From assembly GCF_036588685.1 (NCBI RefSeq), contig NC_086382.1, forward strand, positions 48,422,001 to 48,486,000: 64,000 bases of DNA, in the 5' to 3' direction. Under the pieces are notes generated by a model, which worked only from the letters and a program-made list of their open reading frames with translations, searched no databases and was not told the DNA's origin. Below are positions 47,458-60,728 of the stretch, piece by piece; the first letter of the stretch is position 1, and the number at the start of each line of letters is the position of its first letter. A program made the translations under genes and the position numbers. Source of the DNA: Mytilus trossulus (taxonomy: Eukaryota).

Positions 47458-48414
47458 TTTCTGAGTAGTTAGGGTGCCTACGTGCCTTAACGAGGAATAG
47501 TGTCATCTTGATTGCTCAACAGCTCTATTTCACGTCGGTCTATGCCCACAAAGATTTACTCTTATGCGGTACCACGTGGAAAATCAAGTAAGGCTATACC
47601 GCTCGGGAACGGCTTGCTAAAGTACTCTGAGACAAGTAGACTGGTAGTCGTACACACACGTGTATGCAAATACCCCTATGGTGACGCATTTCTGTCAAAG
47701 ATATGTGGCTAGCTCAGGCACAGTATTTTAGCGGCAAATTATCCTTAATTATCTGAGAACACACTATCATTTTATGTACATACTGTGTGTTTTGTGTCAA
47801 CTGCAGGTAGCATGTAATTTGTTTTGTTCTTGATTTACAATATGACAGAACTGAGTGAATTACATGATACTAGAGAAAAAATATCCTCAAGCATTCACAC
47901 AGTGTGCCGCGCACACTGCTCGGATAGTTAAGTATAATGTTGGCGTCAGTTAGTTTACATTCATCGCTTTTTATTCACTGACGCCAAGGAAGTTTTCTGT
48001 AACATAACGTGTTGCCCTTAAGCCCAAATATTTGTATAATAAAAATAATTATTTTATTATGTTTTATATTCATTCAGTACTCAAACAATCAGACTGGGTA
48101 TCTTGAAATACTTCCTGCTGGACGTTTAAGGCTTTATATCAACAATAACTACTTTCGTAATTATGGTATATTGTCTGTGATCGTTCTTATAGACGGTCAT
48201 TAAAAGCTATCAATTATCTGCGGTCAAGGTTAATTTATATGTATTTGTACATATCTCTAATCATTGTTCACGCCTGTAATTCTCTTATCAAAGGTCTATT
48301 AAGGTCAACGCATTGAGGTTTTATTAGTAAATTGGCTTTGGTCTGCTGTGTCGGTATTAACTTTGGATCATACGCTTGATGTGTATTTATTATGTTTGAA
48401 ACATGTTGTATAAA
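47458..48414 (+). repeat. Split direct repeat B1
   Basis: Near-identical to 48776-49732 (offset 1318). Confidence 0.92.
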
Positions 48415-48671
48415 TTAGAAATTTTTAATTGATGTTTATATTAATGTTTCATGTTCTGTCCGACTCGGCTTCTGTTAAAATCATTATTTATTTAGGTGGA
48501 CGATAAACATTTTATTACTAGATTTATTATGTCTGTGGTAGAGACGGCAATGTTTTCTTAACCGTCTCATGACTTGGTGCACGTGTTAAATTTTCAATCT
48601 TTGTCAGGTTTATTCAGTCAGTTGCATTGATAAGATAGTAACAGTATAGAAGTGCAAACAATTCAAATCAA
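48413..48671 (+). repeat. Split direct repeat A2
   Basis: Copy of A1, directly abutting B1. Confidence 0.92.
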
Positions 48672-48775
48672 CCCTCCAGCCGCCCCAACACCGCCGATTA
48701 TTATGAAGATGTTGTGCCTTTATGGTTCACGTTATGTTACTATAATAAATGATCAGGCCAGACATTTATGAACAT

Positions 48776-49732
48776 TTTCTGAGTAGTTAGGGTGCCTACG
48801 TGCCTTAACGAGGAATAGTCTCATCTTGATTGCTCAACAGCTCTATTTCACGTCGGTCTATGCCCACAAAGATTTACTCTTATGCGGTACCACGTGGAAA
48901 ATCAAGTAAGGCTATACCGCTCGGGAACGGCTTGCTAAAGTACTCTGAGACAAGTAGACTGGTAGTCGTACACACACGTGTATGCAAATACCCCTATGGT
49001 GACGCATTTCTGTCAAAGATATGTGAATAGCTCAGGCACAGTATTTTAGCGGCAAATTATCCTTAATTATCTGAGAACACACTATCATTTTATGTACATA
49101 CTGTGTGTTTTGTGTCAACTGCAGGTAGCATGTAATTTGTTTTGTTCTTGATTTACAATATGACAGAACTGAGTGAATTACATGATACTAGAGAAAAAAT
49201 ATCCTCAAGCATTCACACAGTGTGCCGCGCACACTGCTCGGATAGTTAAGTATAATGTTGGCGTCAGTTAGTTTACATTCATCGCTTTTTATTCACTGAC
49301 GCCAATGAAGTTTTCTGTAACATAACGTGTTGCCCTTAAGCCCAAATATTTGTATAATAAAAATAATTATTTTATTATGTTTTATATTCTTTCAGTACTC
49401 AAACAATCAGACTGGGTATCTTGAAATACTTCCTGCTGGACGTTTAAGGCTTTATATCAACAATAACTACTTTCGTAATTATGGTATATTGTCTGTGATC
49501 GTTCTTATAGACGGTCATTAAAAGCTATCAATTATCTGCGGTCAAGGTTAATTTATATGTATTTGTACATATCTCTAATCATTGTTCACGCCTGTAATTC
49601 TCTTATCAAAGGTCTATTAAGGTCAACGCATTGAGGTTTTATTAGTTAATTGGCTTTGGTCTGCTGTGTCGGTATTAACTTTGGATCATACGCTTGATGT
49701 GTATTTATTATGTTTGAAACATGTTGTATAAA
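48776..49732 (+). repeat. Split direct repeat B2
   Basis: Copy of B1; terminal. Confidence 0.92.
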
Positions 49733-52700
49733 CTTCATTTTTTATATAAGTTTGAATTTTTCATTATTAATTAATTATTTTGAAATTTAGCTTAATCTTA
49801 CTTTTCATTATTTTGTTTGAAATCCGTGATAAAAGAATTACGTTTTGTTATTTGAAAGTGACTTATAGACTCAATGGGTCGGGTGTATTTTATTGTGTAT
49901 GTAATATATTTGTACTTCATTGAGATGTGATTACACATGTCACTATAATAAACATTTACTTACTTACTTACTTTCCTACTATTTATGAGTTTGACTGTCC
50001 CTCTGGTTTCCTTCGTCCCTCTTTCATTATTTGTTAAAACTTTCGATATCAGTAGATACGTATAACTTTCCCTATGATAAGTTATGTCTGCATCGGAATA
50101 CACTTTACATAGATACCGTGATTAAATTTATATACGACAGACGCGTGTTTTCGTCGAGAAAGACTGACGCTCGAATAACAAAAGTGTAAATGGCCAAATT
50201 TAGACTTAAAGTTGAAGAGCATTGATTGTACCATACATATCCTCCGAAATAGGCCAATTGACTTAATCTGTAAAAGAGGTATTATATTAGAACTATTTTG
50301 TTTAGAAAATAACAAATGCAATTCTTTAGAATAATATCAATACGTGGTTTGATTGGTTACAATTTTGTTTTCTTATTAGATAGAAAACTATGGAAAATAC
50401 GCAACATATACCTCAAAACATTTTTTTTTAAATAACATGAATTTCGGTTATAGTCTAATAATTGAATACCTTTAGATGATTTTAAAGCACACTTTAATTA
50501 TCCTTCAGCGAGACTGATATTGAGAATATACTTAGTTTCACTAATGTGACATGCCATGGAATCATACTCCGTATGACAAAGAAAACTATATTTGAAGAGA
50601 TAAAAAAGAAAATCAAAAATTAGTTGGTTTCTCTAATCAATTGAGAATTTGAAGAACATTGAATAAAAATATACAAAAACTTGTCTATCTATAATTTGGG
50701 ATAAAAAAAATCCGTAACTCGCTTAATTCGGACGATTAATTCTGCTGATCTTCGATGACTGTTTTAACGCTTTGGATGAAATCGGACACAGGGAGGGATT
50801 TAATTATTCGATTTAGAAAAACCGTAGTATTTCGGAGGACCTTGATGTTCATGATCACTAAATTTTTCGAATATGACGTTGAACAGAACATGCATATTGG
50901 GTATCAAGGTTATTTCGAGTCGAACTTCAAAAGTTACGAAGATTTGCACAGACCTGGTGGTTGTTAACGCTAATCATAGATACCAGGTTTATAAACTTGA
51001 GCGCCAGACACGAATTTCATCTATATTCAATTGATTTGTGGCGATCTAATCATAGCAATTGCCAGAAACCTGTACAAAATGTGTTATTTGATTTCTAAAA
51101 TTTTTACTACCAAAATTAATACTATTCACAAAATGAATTATTCATATTGATTTGAGTCAAATAAAATACTCTTTTGAGACTGTCGCTTTTTTTAATTAAT
51201 GTGATTTTTTCTAATCATTTATAATTAGAAAGTAAACATATTTTTGTGGTTTTTCAAATCAATTGTCATCTATAATTAGATATTACACAGCTTTTTTTAT
51301 GTGGTTTTATATTTACTTTATCTATTATACATTTTCGCGTTATTAAAACAAAAGAATGTTCATATATTTTGTAAAAATTAGCATTTTAGTAATTTATAAT
51401 CATCTTTTAATGTAAAAGTCAAATTATATAGTACATTGTCCTTGCCATTGGATATGTATTTAAAAAAAACATATTTACAAAATATGTTTTGCTGATATTT
51501 ATGTAAAAGGATATTAGATATTGCAAATATCACAAATATATGTGCAAGTACAAAAATGGAAAAAAAATATAAACGATTTCCTGTATTCTCTAGAATAAAA
51601 ATAATTAAATAAAAAAAAGATAAAATGTAATCCAATTGTATGAGTGTTACCTGTAGTATGAAACATCCAGCAGAGATTTGTTAAATGATGATGTTTTACA
51701 TTTCCAATAGTTATGCTTAATTGAACTCATTTGCAATTTTTTAGAACAATCCGGAAGGAATCTTAAGCATTTTAATTTGTGAATGTTAGACGTTAAATTT
51801 GACTTGTTATTGTAAAAGCAAAAGTATATGTTAATAGCACTAAATGATTTTAAAATACTAACAAATAGGCAAACATTAAAAGTTTGTTAAATTGTACCCG
51901 GACCTTTTAGCACAAACAGATAGGAACAGTTTTATCTAAATCTTCCCTTCAAAATTGCATCCCAAATTCCATAAGTCCTAGTGTAATATATTTCTTCTAC
52001 GCGTCTAACATTACTTTTTCAATACTTTCTGAGAGCTAGGGTCGTTTAATTATACTTTATCTATACTTTATCAAATAAGTGAATACTATATACAGTATTG
52101 ACAATCAATTACAAATAAATGTTTTAATCGTATCAATTACATAAACATTTGATTTTTGGCGTCTTTATCAAGTTATCTATCAACTACAATCTGGTTTTTT
52201 TTCGTGTTTGCTAGATTCATTTGTATGTTTCTTTGAGTTTGAAGGCAGTTAGTGTGGGAAATTTGTGAATTGTGTTTGCACAGATTTGGCTACTGAACCA
52301 CACTTATTGCAACATAAACCTTTTATTTCTGTTTAAGTTGCCCACCAAATTTTGTCATTATAACGACATGTGAATAATTTTACAAATAAATACACTATCT
52401 GGATTGAATATGTTTAGTTTGTCGAAATGCAAGAATACCAACCTCTAATTCAAAAAGAGGAAGCCATAAAAAAAAAACCCTGACCAAACCAAACAATATC
52501 AACGAACGGAATGTAAAAAAACCCATCTTATTCCCTACTCGAAGCAGGCATTTTCAAATTTTGTTTTAGTTGTGAAGCTAGTTTAACCTCCAACTTGTAG
52601 GCCAGTTGCTTATGGTTGCGTTATATCGACAAAAAATGGGTGAAAAACCGAACAGACATAAGAGGTTTAAATGACAGTCACTTGGATCCAGCCGCCAAGA

Positions 52701-55700
52701 CAAACATCGCAGTTCAATATTTTAATGATAAACTAGGACCAGGAGCCATATCAAGTCTGTATGGTATTTGCTCCTTCAATCAGTAACATCTTTCATTGTC
52801 GGATAGACAGAGTATCATATGGATTTCGGGTCGTTCTCCTGCTTGATATTTTTTCGAACAAACTTCAAATAAACCATTATTTGCACTCGACTGAAACTGA
52901 CTAAGTTCATGAAATGCTAGCTCACAAGGCATATTTTAACAAACATGGCTAAAGTTTGAAATATCATAGAAGTTAACATAATAGCAATTAGTTTGATCAT
53001 ATCATTCAAGTTTGTGTTTTTTGGAGAATACCATCAACTGTTCGTCAATTTTATTTGTTATTCTGCCTAATTGCGTTGAGATAACTACAAATAACATAAA
53101 GAATGTCTAATACATTATGGTATAACTTTGGTTTTTTTTTGTACGTGAATGTTTTTCCAATAAAGAAATATATCAAAAAGTGAATTTATGGGAAATTACC
53201 AACAAAAACATATATTAGTGATTTCCGTTGAATTAGTTTTTGTATTATCCATTGTAGTCGTGAAAACTAAACCTTGAACAGTACTTGTTACGTATTTTTT
53301 ACAATGTCATCAAATTTTCACAATTAAAATCGACGAATGAACTCCTGTGCACTCATAAAGCATGCTGCACTAATTTTACCTGGGAGGTATCTTGTGATCA
53401 AATTGCAAAATTTCAATTCTAAGTTCAGATGTTCACGAACCAATATATAGTATTTATTGCAGAGAGCTATCAAATCTCGGAGCAACCTTGGTTTTGTCGT
53501 TAAAAAAAAAACAAAACAACCATCAACATGTCTCGTATAATTCTAATGATATCAAATGAATTCATACAGTTACATTAATATTCCGTCCACGCTAATATTG
53601 AGATAAAAACAATGCAAAGTGTAATAAGGTTGTCATATGAAACAAATTGTTTTGTTGTTTTTGCAAGAAAATATTTCTTAGGATCTTACAGTATCATCTT
53701 GAGCAAAGATATTTATGAACTCTAAATGAGTCATGCATTTCAAGATATAAAAACTGCATTTATCAAACCCAAATACATTTTGTAGTATGGTTATGTCAAT
53801 CTTTAAGCAAATTAACAACAAGATATTTTTAAAATGTGAAGAGACATCGCAGGTTCTTCATAAAACAATAGATTATACATTTTTAAAATACGTAAGAGCT
53901 GAAAAGACAGTGATCTCATTAAATAGAAATAAAATAAGTATAAGATGTGGTATTAATAGTCTCCGGGAAAAGTTTGCAATTCTGCTAAGTGCAAAAGTTG
54001 TCACCTGAATTTTTGGAGGTAGTTCAAAATAAACTTGAGTGAATTTATTTTAGGACAATTATCAGGGAGCCGATAACAACCAAGTTATCCACTTCATTTT
54101 TTTGCACTCAGCGGAATCGCAAACTTGTCCGAGAGACTGTTAAATACTACCAATGACACAACTGTATACCAATTACAAAACGACGAAGGTGCAAATATTC
54201 ATGTCATTGTATAGCCTTTAACGATGCTCACAACTCATATTGTTAAGGTAAAGTTTAAGCATGAAAAGCATGAATAACAATTATGAATAACTACAATCAT
54301 CGACATTGCGCTCTTTGTAATAAATTCATATATCGAATGCATTTATCGTATCAAAATTGAACATCAAAAATAAAACCTTGATATTTTGCAGCTATGCCTC
54401 TATTGCATAGTTGCCAATACCATAGAAGACGGGTAAGATGTTATCAAATATTTCACAAGATACAAATTAGTTGGTTGATTAAAATAAACTTGTTAAACTG
54501 ATTAACCCCACCAAATTATTTATGTGTCTGTCCTAAGGAGACTGTAGCCCAGTAGTTATCGTTATTTCATCTTTATGCTATGTTTTTTTCGTAAACTTTT
54601 TTTTAATCAATTATGCTGTATGCTTTCTAAATTGAATTGTTTCATATTTTACATGTCGGTGCCTTTATATCCCATAGAAGTGGATTTTTCTAATTGGCGA
54701 AGGCAGTACGGTAACCTTTAATTGCTTACATTTACTCCATTTGAACATTTGTGGATAGTTATCTCAGCAACAATTATACATTGTACGACATCTCCCTATT
54801 TCTTTATATTGATAAAGAAATAATAAAATGTTTGGTGGGTAAAAATGACAATAATTTATATACAGTTAAGCGTCAAAACTGTGAAAAGTACTTAGTGTGC
54901 TTTCTTTAACATAAGATGTTATTATGGTCTTTTATTGTGATAAATAGAAATGAATTCTAAAAATGACAATAATTTATATGTGTGTAAAACATAAGCTGTG
55001 TGTCATATATCTTTTTTTTAATTATTAAATCAACCGATATTCAGAAATAGTAACCACTATATTTAACGATAAAAGTGGTCCTTCTTCCTTATATTGAATA
55101 TTACTATTGTTTAGGCTTAGTACGTTTCTGTGTGTGTTACATTTTAATGTTGTGTCGTTGGTCTCCACTTATATTTAATGCGTTTCCCTCAGTTTTAATT
55201 TGTTACCCCTATTTTTGTTGTTGTCAATGGACGTATGAGTTTTGAACAGCGGTATACTACTATTGCCTTTATTTATGTATTCCTCATTTAAAAATTTACA
55301 TTTATATATTAACTCAGTTATGTGTCGTTCAATAATAATGGTACTATCATGGCTCCTATTACATGCGGGAAAAAAACCTTCAAGGTCACTCGAATAAAAA
55401 AAAATTAAATAAGTACAGCTGAGGTAATATTTTAAACAAAAAATGAGTACTTTTCACAGCTAGCAAGATCAAATATAGACTTTCCATTTCTAAAATACAT
55501 ATTCATTTTGAAAATAACATATGGTGATAAAATTATAGTTACACTAAGTACAAAGATATATGTTGGTCGTTAATTTTTGTTATGACATGAAGATGATTGA
55601 TGACCGTAAATATTTAATTTAAAAATGGAGAAATAAATACAAGTTTATTTTATAAACAACAATTCTGGTACATTAGACGATTTAATATATTTGGTGCAAC

Positions 55701-57109
55701 ACGTATAGCATAACAATATTTCACTAAAGTTGATTCAAATTTTACATGCAGGTTATTATCACCTTATGAAGAGTGCATAATTGAATATTCTTGTTTCCAA
55801 TGTACTTTTTATTTCAAAATACAAATATAATATAGATGTCAAGACTATATCCTATTTCAATTCCAAGCGGAAGGTATTATGATATAGAGTTCTGTTCCTT
55901 GTAAAATAGTGCAATAACCTCATTGTTCACCAAGAGTTGCAAAATATAAAATTTAGAAAAAAACGCAAATACTAAATATATTTAAATTGTGGTTTATAGA
56001 CTTCATCCAGACTGTTTATTAGCATTTACAAGATGGAACCTTTAACGCTTCATAAATGATACAACAACCACCGTTTGTAATATTTAACAGCACGTACTGA
56101 AAGTTAAGTGTCTTTGTTTCCAATTCAAAGAGGTATTTGTCTAAATCATGTCCTTATAGTGTTGTTTGTAAACTGTTTCATGGTCACCTTGAAAGTTTAC
56201 TCTTACAACAAAACAAATACCTCGTTCAAACAAGGATATTTCCAAACACGCTGGTTTATGTCGATTGGTTCAAGTTGTAAGGTTCGAGTTGGAATGAAAA
56301 ACCCTGTATCAATTTATATCAACAATCATTACTTCCCCAAGGTTAAGGAATCAAAATCAGGTTCAAGGATTGGAATTAAGAGAAGTGCAAAGATCTATGT
56401 AAAATTCACTGTTACCCAGATACTCTTTTTTGGGTTTATGTACTGACTTGATTTATACTGTAGATCGAACTTAGTACAATTATCCTTTGGTTTTTATAAA
56501 TATTGATAATTTTTATTTACTTTTACAAAGTTCTTTGTTCTTATATTATTACGTCATGCTTTGGCCTTTTGTTTGTTGTTGCAATGGTAAATTCGTCTAA
56601 TGAACTGAAATGAGAAATGCTTAAGATAAAAGAAAGACGATTCTTTGTGTAAACTCGTTTGGTAAAATAAAAGTTTTTTTTTAGATATATTGCTTCTATT
56701 TTCTCTTTAAAATGAACATTTTTTCTTTCGTTGAACATGTATAAGTACACTCAACCTAACAATGTTAGACTGTATTACGATTTGTTGCGTCCTTCCTTAA
56801 AATACACCAATGCATATCATTCAAAATTGCAGTCCAGCTTATTGTACTCAAATCTCTCAGAATTGTCGAACAGTTTCAACAGAGAAAAAAAACCGAGTAA
56901 ACTTAAAAAGCCGCTCGAAGAGACATGGTTAAAAAAAATCGAAAAGAGGAGAGCATCTCATGTTTCAATACATTTTAAGATTTAAGAACATAAAAAGTAA
57001 AAAAAAAGTGCGCATTATCAGAAAAAGTTTGTTACTACAAGGATTTGTTTTTTCTCAATCAATTCACGTGTTGGCATAAATTTTATGATAAAATGATACT
57101 TAACCCTAA

Positions 57110-57652
57110 CGGAAGGAATTTTGCCTGATATTCATATGATGAAGACATAATCTTTTAATCAGTTTACTTGAGGTCTGCAGCTGGCATTTCAGTTAACTGC
57201 TAGTAGTCAGATGTTATTTATGTATTATTGTCATTTTTTCATTTTCTTTTATTACATCTTTTGACATCGGACCCGGACTTCTCTTGAACTGACTTTTAAT
57301 GTGCGTATTGTTATGCGTTTACTTTTCTACATTGGCTAGATATATAGGGGCGTTTTGGGATCTCATAAACATGTTTAACCCTGCCTCAATTTTGCGCTTG
57401 TCCCAAGACGGGAGCATCTGGCCTTTGCTAGTCTTGTATAATTTTTTATTCTTGTATGATTTTTTAATTTAAGTGTCTATTGTAGAAATCGGAGTTTATT
57501 ATGACGTCCATATTTTTTAAGGGGCTATCTGAAGGACGCCTCATGGTGTGGGAGTTTCTCGCTACATTGAAGACCCATTGATGGCCTTTGGCTGTTGTCT
57601 GCTCTGTGGTCGGTTGTTGTCTCTTTGAAACATTCCCCATATCCTTTCTCAA
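57110..57652 (-). mobile_element. Dispersed non-autonomous repeat (unclassified)
   Basis: Shares the block CATGTTTAACCC.GCC.CA.TT..G...TGTCCCAAG.C.GGAGC with the 22360 copy and, in reverse complement, with the 9250-9305 copy. Its end TTGTCTCTTTGA.ACATTC recurs at ~26110. Confidence 0.5.
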
Positions 57653-60143
57653 TTTCGTTTTTTTTACTTTCGAACAGTGGAATAAAACTGTTGCCTATAT
57701 GTGAAGACTGGCTGTACTTTGTAGCAATTAAGGAACAGTGAAAAGGATTTCAACATAAAGAACATATTAATAACAAAAAGATATAGTTTCAAAACATCTT
57801 TTATTCAATACGTATACTTCAATCAGGATAAACTTAAGCATTTATCACTACTAAACATTATTAAAAGACGTATAACAATGTAACTATACATGTACAAATA
57901 CACAATCAAGGTATATATATAGCCAAACATAAGTATTATTTATAAGTCATGGCAGTGTTTTAACTTTTTTCTGTAAAATGAAGTTCAAGAGTTTAAACAC
58001 GGCAATTCAAACTACCTAATATGTATGGATGTAGAAGACACAAACCCAGAAGATGTCTTGAGGTCATTGTGCTGTTTTCAATAATAATATACAAGTGTAT
58101 ATATTAACTGGTCAACAAAGGTAACGATTCAGGAGTTGAACTTTAATGCATCGTACATGTAATACTAGTAGATAAGAAAAGTATGGAATTATACAATGAA
58201 TAACATTCATTTTCAAAGTAGATGCAGTTGATAAGGACAATCTTACCAAGGTCGACAGCAAAAAAATAAAGTGTTTTTTTTTATTGAACAATGGGGTCAA
58301 ATAGTTTTACGGGGAAATTATAAAATAAGTCGGCACTGAGAATTAAATGTTCCATATTTTAGGTTCTTAGATCGGTTTGTATATTTCGCATGTTTTCTCA
58401 TTAAATGATTGGCTATTATGAAAACAAAAGCACAAGACCAAATGAAATTTTCTTTAAGTTGATGCTGTGTATCCAATTTCATTATATGCGGTAGGTTCAT
58501 TCCCGTGTGTCGTTTCTTTAGTTGACTAATATACAATAATTGCCCCGAGTTTGTAAAAGGTGCAAGATTTAATAGTTACTGGTCAGAAAGTCTTTAAAGA
58601 AACGCTATCAATACAAAAAGTCTTTAAAAAGATTATATACTTTTAATTGATATATAATTATGTCAACATTACCAGTATAATATGGCCTGCATCTATTAGT
58701 TCATTAATCAAATAATTAAACATTTGAAGGAAATGTATGTATTCTTATTTTGTTAAAACATAATATTATCATAAGAAAGACTGGATATGAAATATCACTT
58801 TACTTGACTATTGCAAATAGAATCATGCTTCTACAAGAAATTCCTACTTTTGGATATTTTTCAGTATGAACATAATAAATATTTTACCAATTAGGAATCT
58901 CATTCTGTATATCTATTGTTGAAGTATGTGTATCTGACAGCATAACATAATGAATAATTATAAAAGCGTTATACATGTAAACTCATACGAATTTTCCACT
59001 CAACCACAGGGGAAAACATAGATATACATGTACTATGAAATAATTTTATCACTCAACCACAGCGGGAAACATAGATATACATGTACTATGAAATGATATC
59101 ACCAAAATTCCGCTCCAAGAACTCATCAGACATACAACAGGGTACAAATAAATGACTAAGTCTTTAATGCAGATAGAAATCGAAATTTATTGCTATAAAA
59201 AAAATATAGGAGATCTAAACGATGGCATTATGTGATGATAATTATAAATCTGATTACTATTTTCATATATTGATTGATTAAGAAAAAGTGGAAGAATGTC
59301 TTCTATCTTGCGGATTATCAAGTTCAACATGTTCAATACGTCAAGCAATGTTGACATATCAATTTTATAAGTCTTTTCGTCTACAACTTTAATAAGGGTA
59401 ATACATCTAATCCTTTAACCGATTCGCTCGAATGAAATTAACAGCATAATAATATAGTCTGAATAAACCGCCATGTATTTATCTATGTAGACTATATTGT
59501 GTAGCCATTCATAAAGGATTTGTGCACTTTTAAATGAAAATAGTTGCATACTTTTAAAAGTTCAAAACCGATTTAAGATAACGGTTCCTTAATAATCTTA
59601 ATTGGTTTAATAACCTGCCACATTAGTAAACAATACCAAGTAGTACTAAATGATGAAAAGAGTGGGTGTCTTGAAAATATAGAATCTATAGAACACTAAT
59701 TAATTCAAAGTACAATGGACGTAACAACAGATTTAAACAGAAAAAGAAACTGATAATGAACACATAAAATACATTTATTAAGCAAGTTTAAGGCTAACAC
59801 GTTGTTATTGTTGGTATTTGTTTTTTGTATAGTCAAATGGAAGTTGGTTCTTAAACACCATATAGGGTTAGCAACCGTATGGAGTTAGTAAGGAGTTACT
59901 TCCCTTTCAAAACAAAAAAGAAATCTGAAAGATCTAAAACGTTCATTTGTATTTGTTCTATTAATAATATTACTTTTTCTGTTGGATTTTTTTATGTAAT
60001 ATTTGACGTGGCTTGGAACTTATACATCCCGTCAATGTGTTTGTATTGCCTTTCATTTTTTTGGTGGTGTGTTTTGTATATGCAACTTTTTGTGTTTCTT
60101 TTGTTCTTATAACGTGACTCTGTACTTCATAAGATCTCGTCAG

Positions 60144-60281
60144 TATGATATTATTCTATTTCATGTCATTATGATATTATTCTATTTCATGTCATTATGA
60201 TATTATTCTATTTCATGTCATTATGATATTATTCTATTTCATGTCATTATGATATTATTCTATTTCATGTCATTATGATAT
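60144..60281 (+). repeat. 26-bp minisatellite, 5 full copies plus a partial copy
   Basis: Unit TATGATATTATTCTATTTCATGTCAT starting at 60144, 60170, 60196, 60222, 60248 and 60274 (partial). Confidence 0.92.
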
Positions 60282-60728
60282 ATTTCTATTATGAATTACA
60301 AAATGCGTCGAACCATAAACGTCAAAATCATTCAATCGCGTAGTGGAATTAGCTATTTGTTGATTCTTATAAATTCTATATTTAACTTTTGGACTATTTT
60401 AAATCTCGGTCTATTTTTGAAATTTATTCTTACATACTTTTGAAGTTTTAACCCTGTAACTAACATTGCCTATGTGAAATTTTGAAATTGTTTGTATGTA
60501 CATTGAACGACAAATATATGTGACGTATTAAGTTTTCATACGTCAGACACGCAAATCAATGAATGTATTTGTATGTAGATGTGTTTGTGTTCTGTTAAAT
60601 TGTTCCTCTTAAAATTGTTACACAATGATGACTGCTGTTTCCATATTTTAACTATTTTATTTAATGTGTCTGTTTAGTTAACGCATCATTGTAAATATAA
60701 CGGAATTTGATGAGACTGTCATCAAAGT

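Larger units (their letters stand above)
43074..49732 (+). mobile_element. Ngaro-type (DIRS order) tyrosine-recombinase retrotransposon with split direct repeats A1-ORFs-B1-A2-spacer-B2
   Basis: gag, RT/RNase H and YR ORFs, with no methyltransferase ORF. A1 43074-43332 matches A2 48413-48671 (259 bp). B1 ~47458-48414 matches B2 ~48776-49732 (~957 bp, about 6 substitutions by eye). No TSD. Confidence 0.93.
39884..49972 (+). mobile_element. Decayed, 5'-truncated CR1/L2-group LINE broken into pieces (~39884-41528, 42490-43073, 49733-49972)
   Basis: Frameshifted RT remnants: NYRGVSLLS, EQNSFRRNRSCEDH, FIDLKKCFD, QGDTLSP, YADD (40973-40984), YKYLG. C-terminal QLRCGILPLRLETGRY...CKFC...EDECHFILHC...Y. 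The 3' end has AATAAA (49947-49952) and a (TTAC)n tail (49956-49972). Confidence 0.85.

Noticed and set aside
47512-49521. Duplicated 66-aa and 64-aa ORFs
   Set aside because: Non-ATG starts, duplicated only because they lie in the B repeats, and no recognisable domain (no SGNH hydrolase or methyltransferase).
60144-60281. CRISPR-like regular repeats
   Set aside because: Head-to-tail units without spacers in a eukaryotic context; this is a minisatellite.
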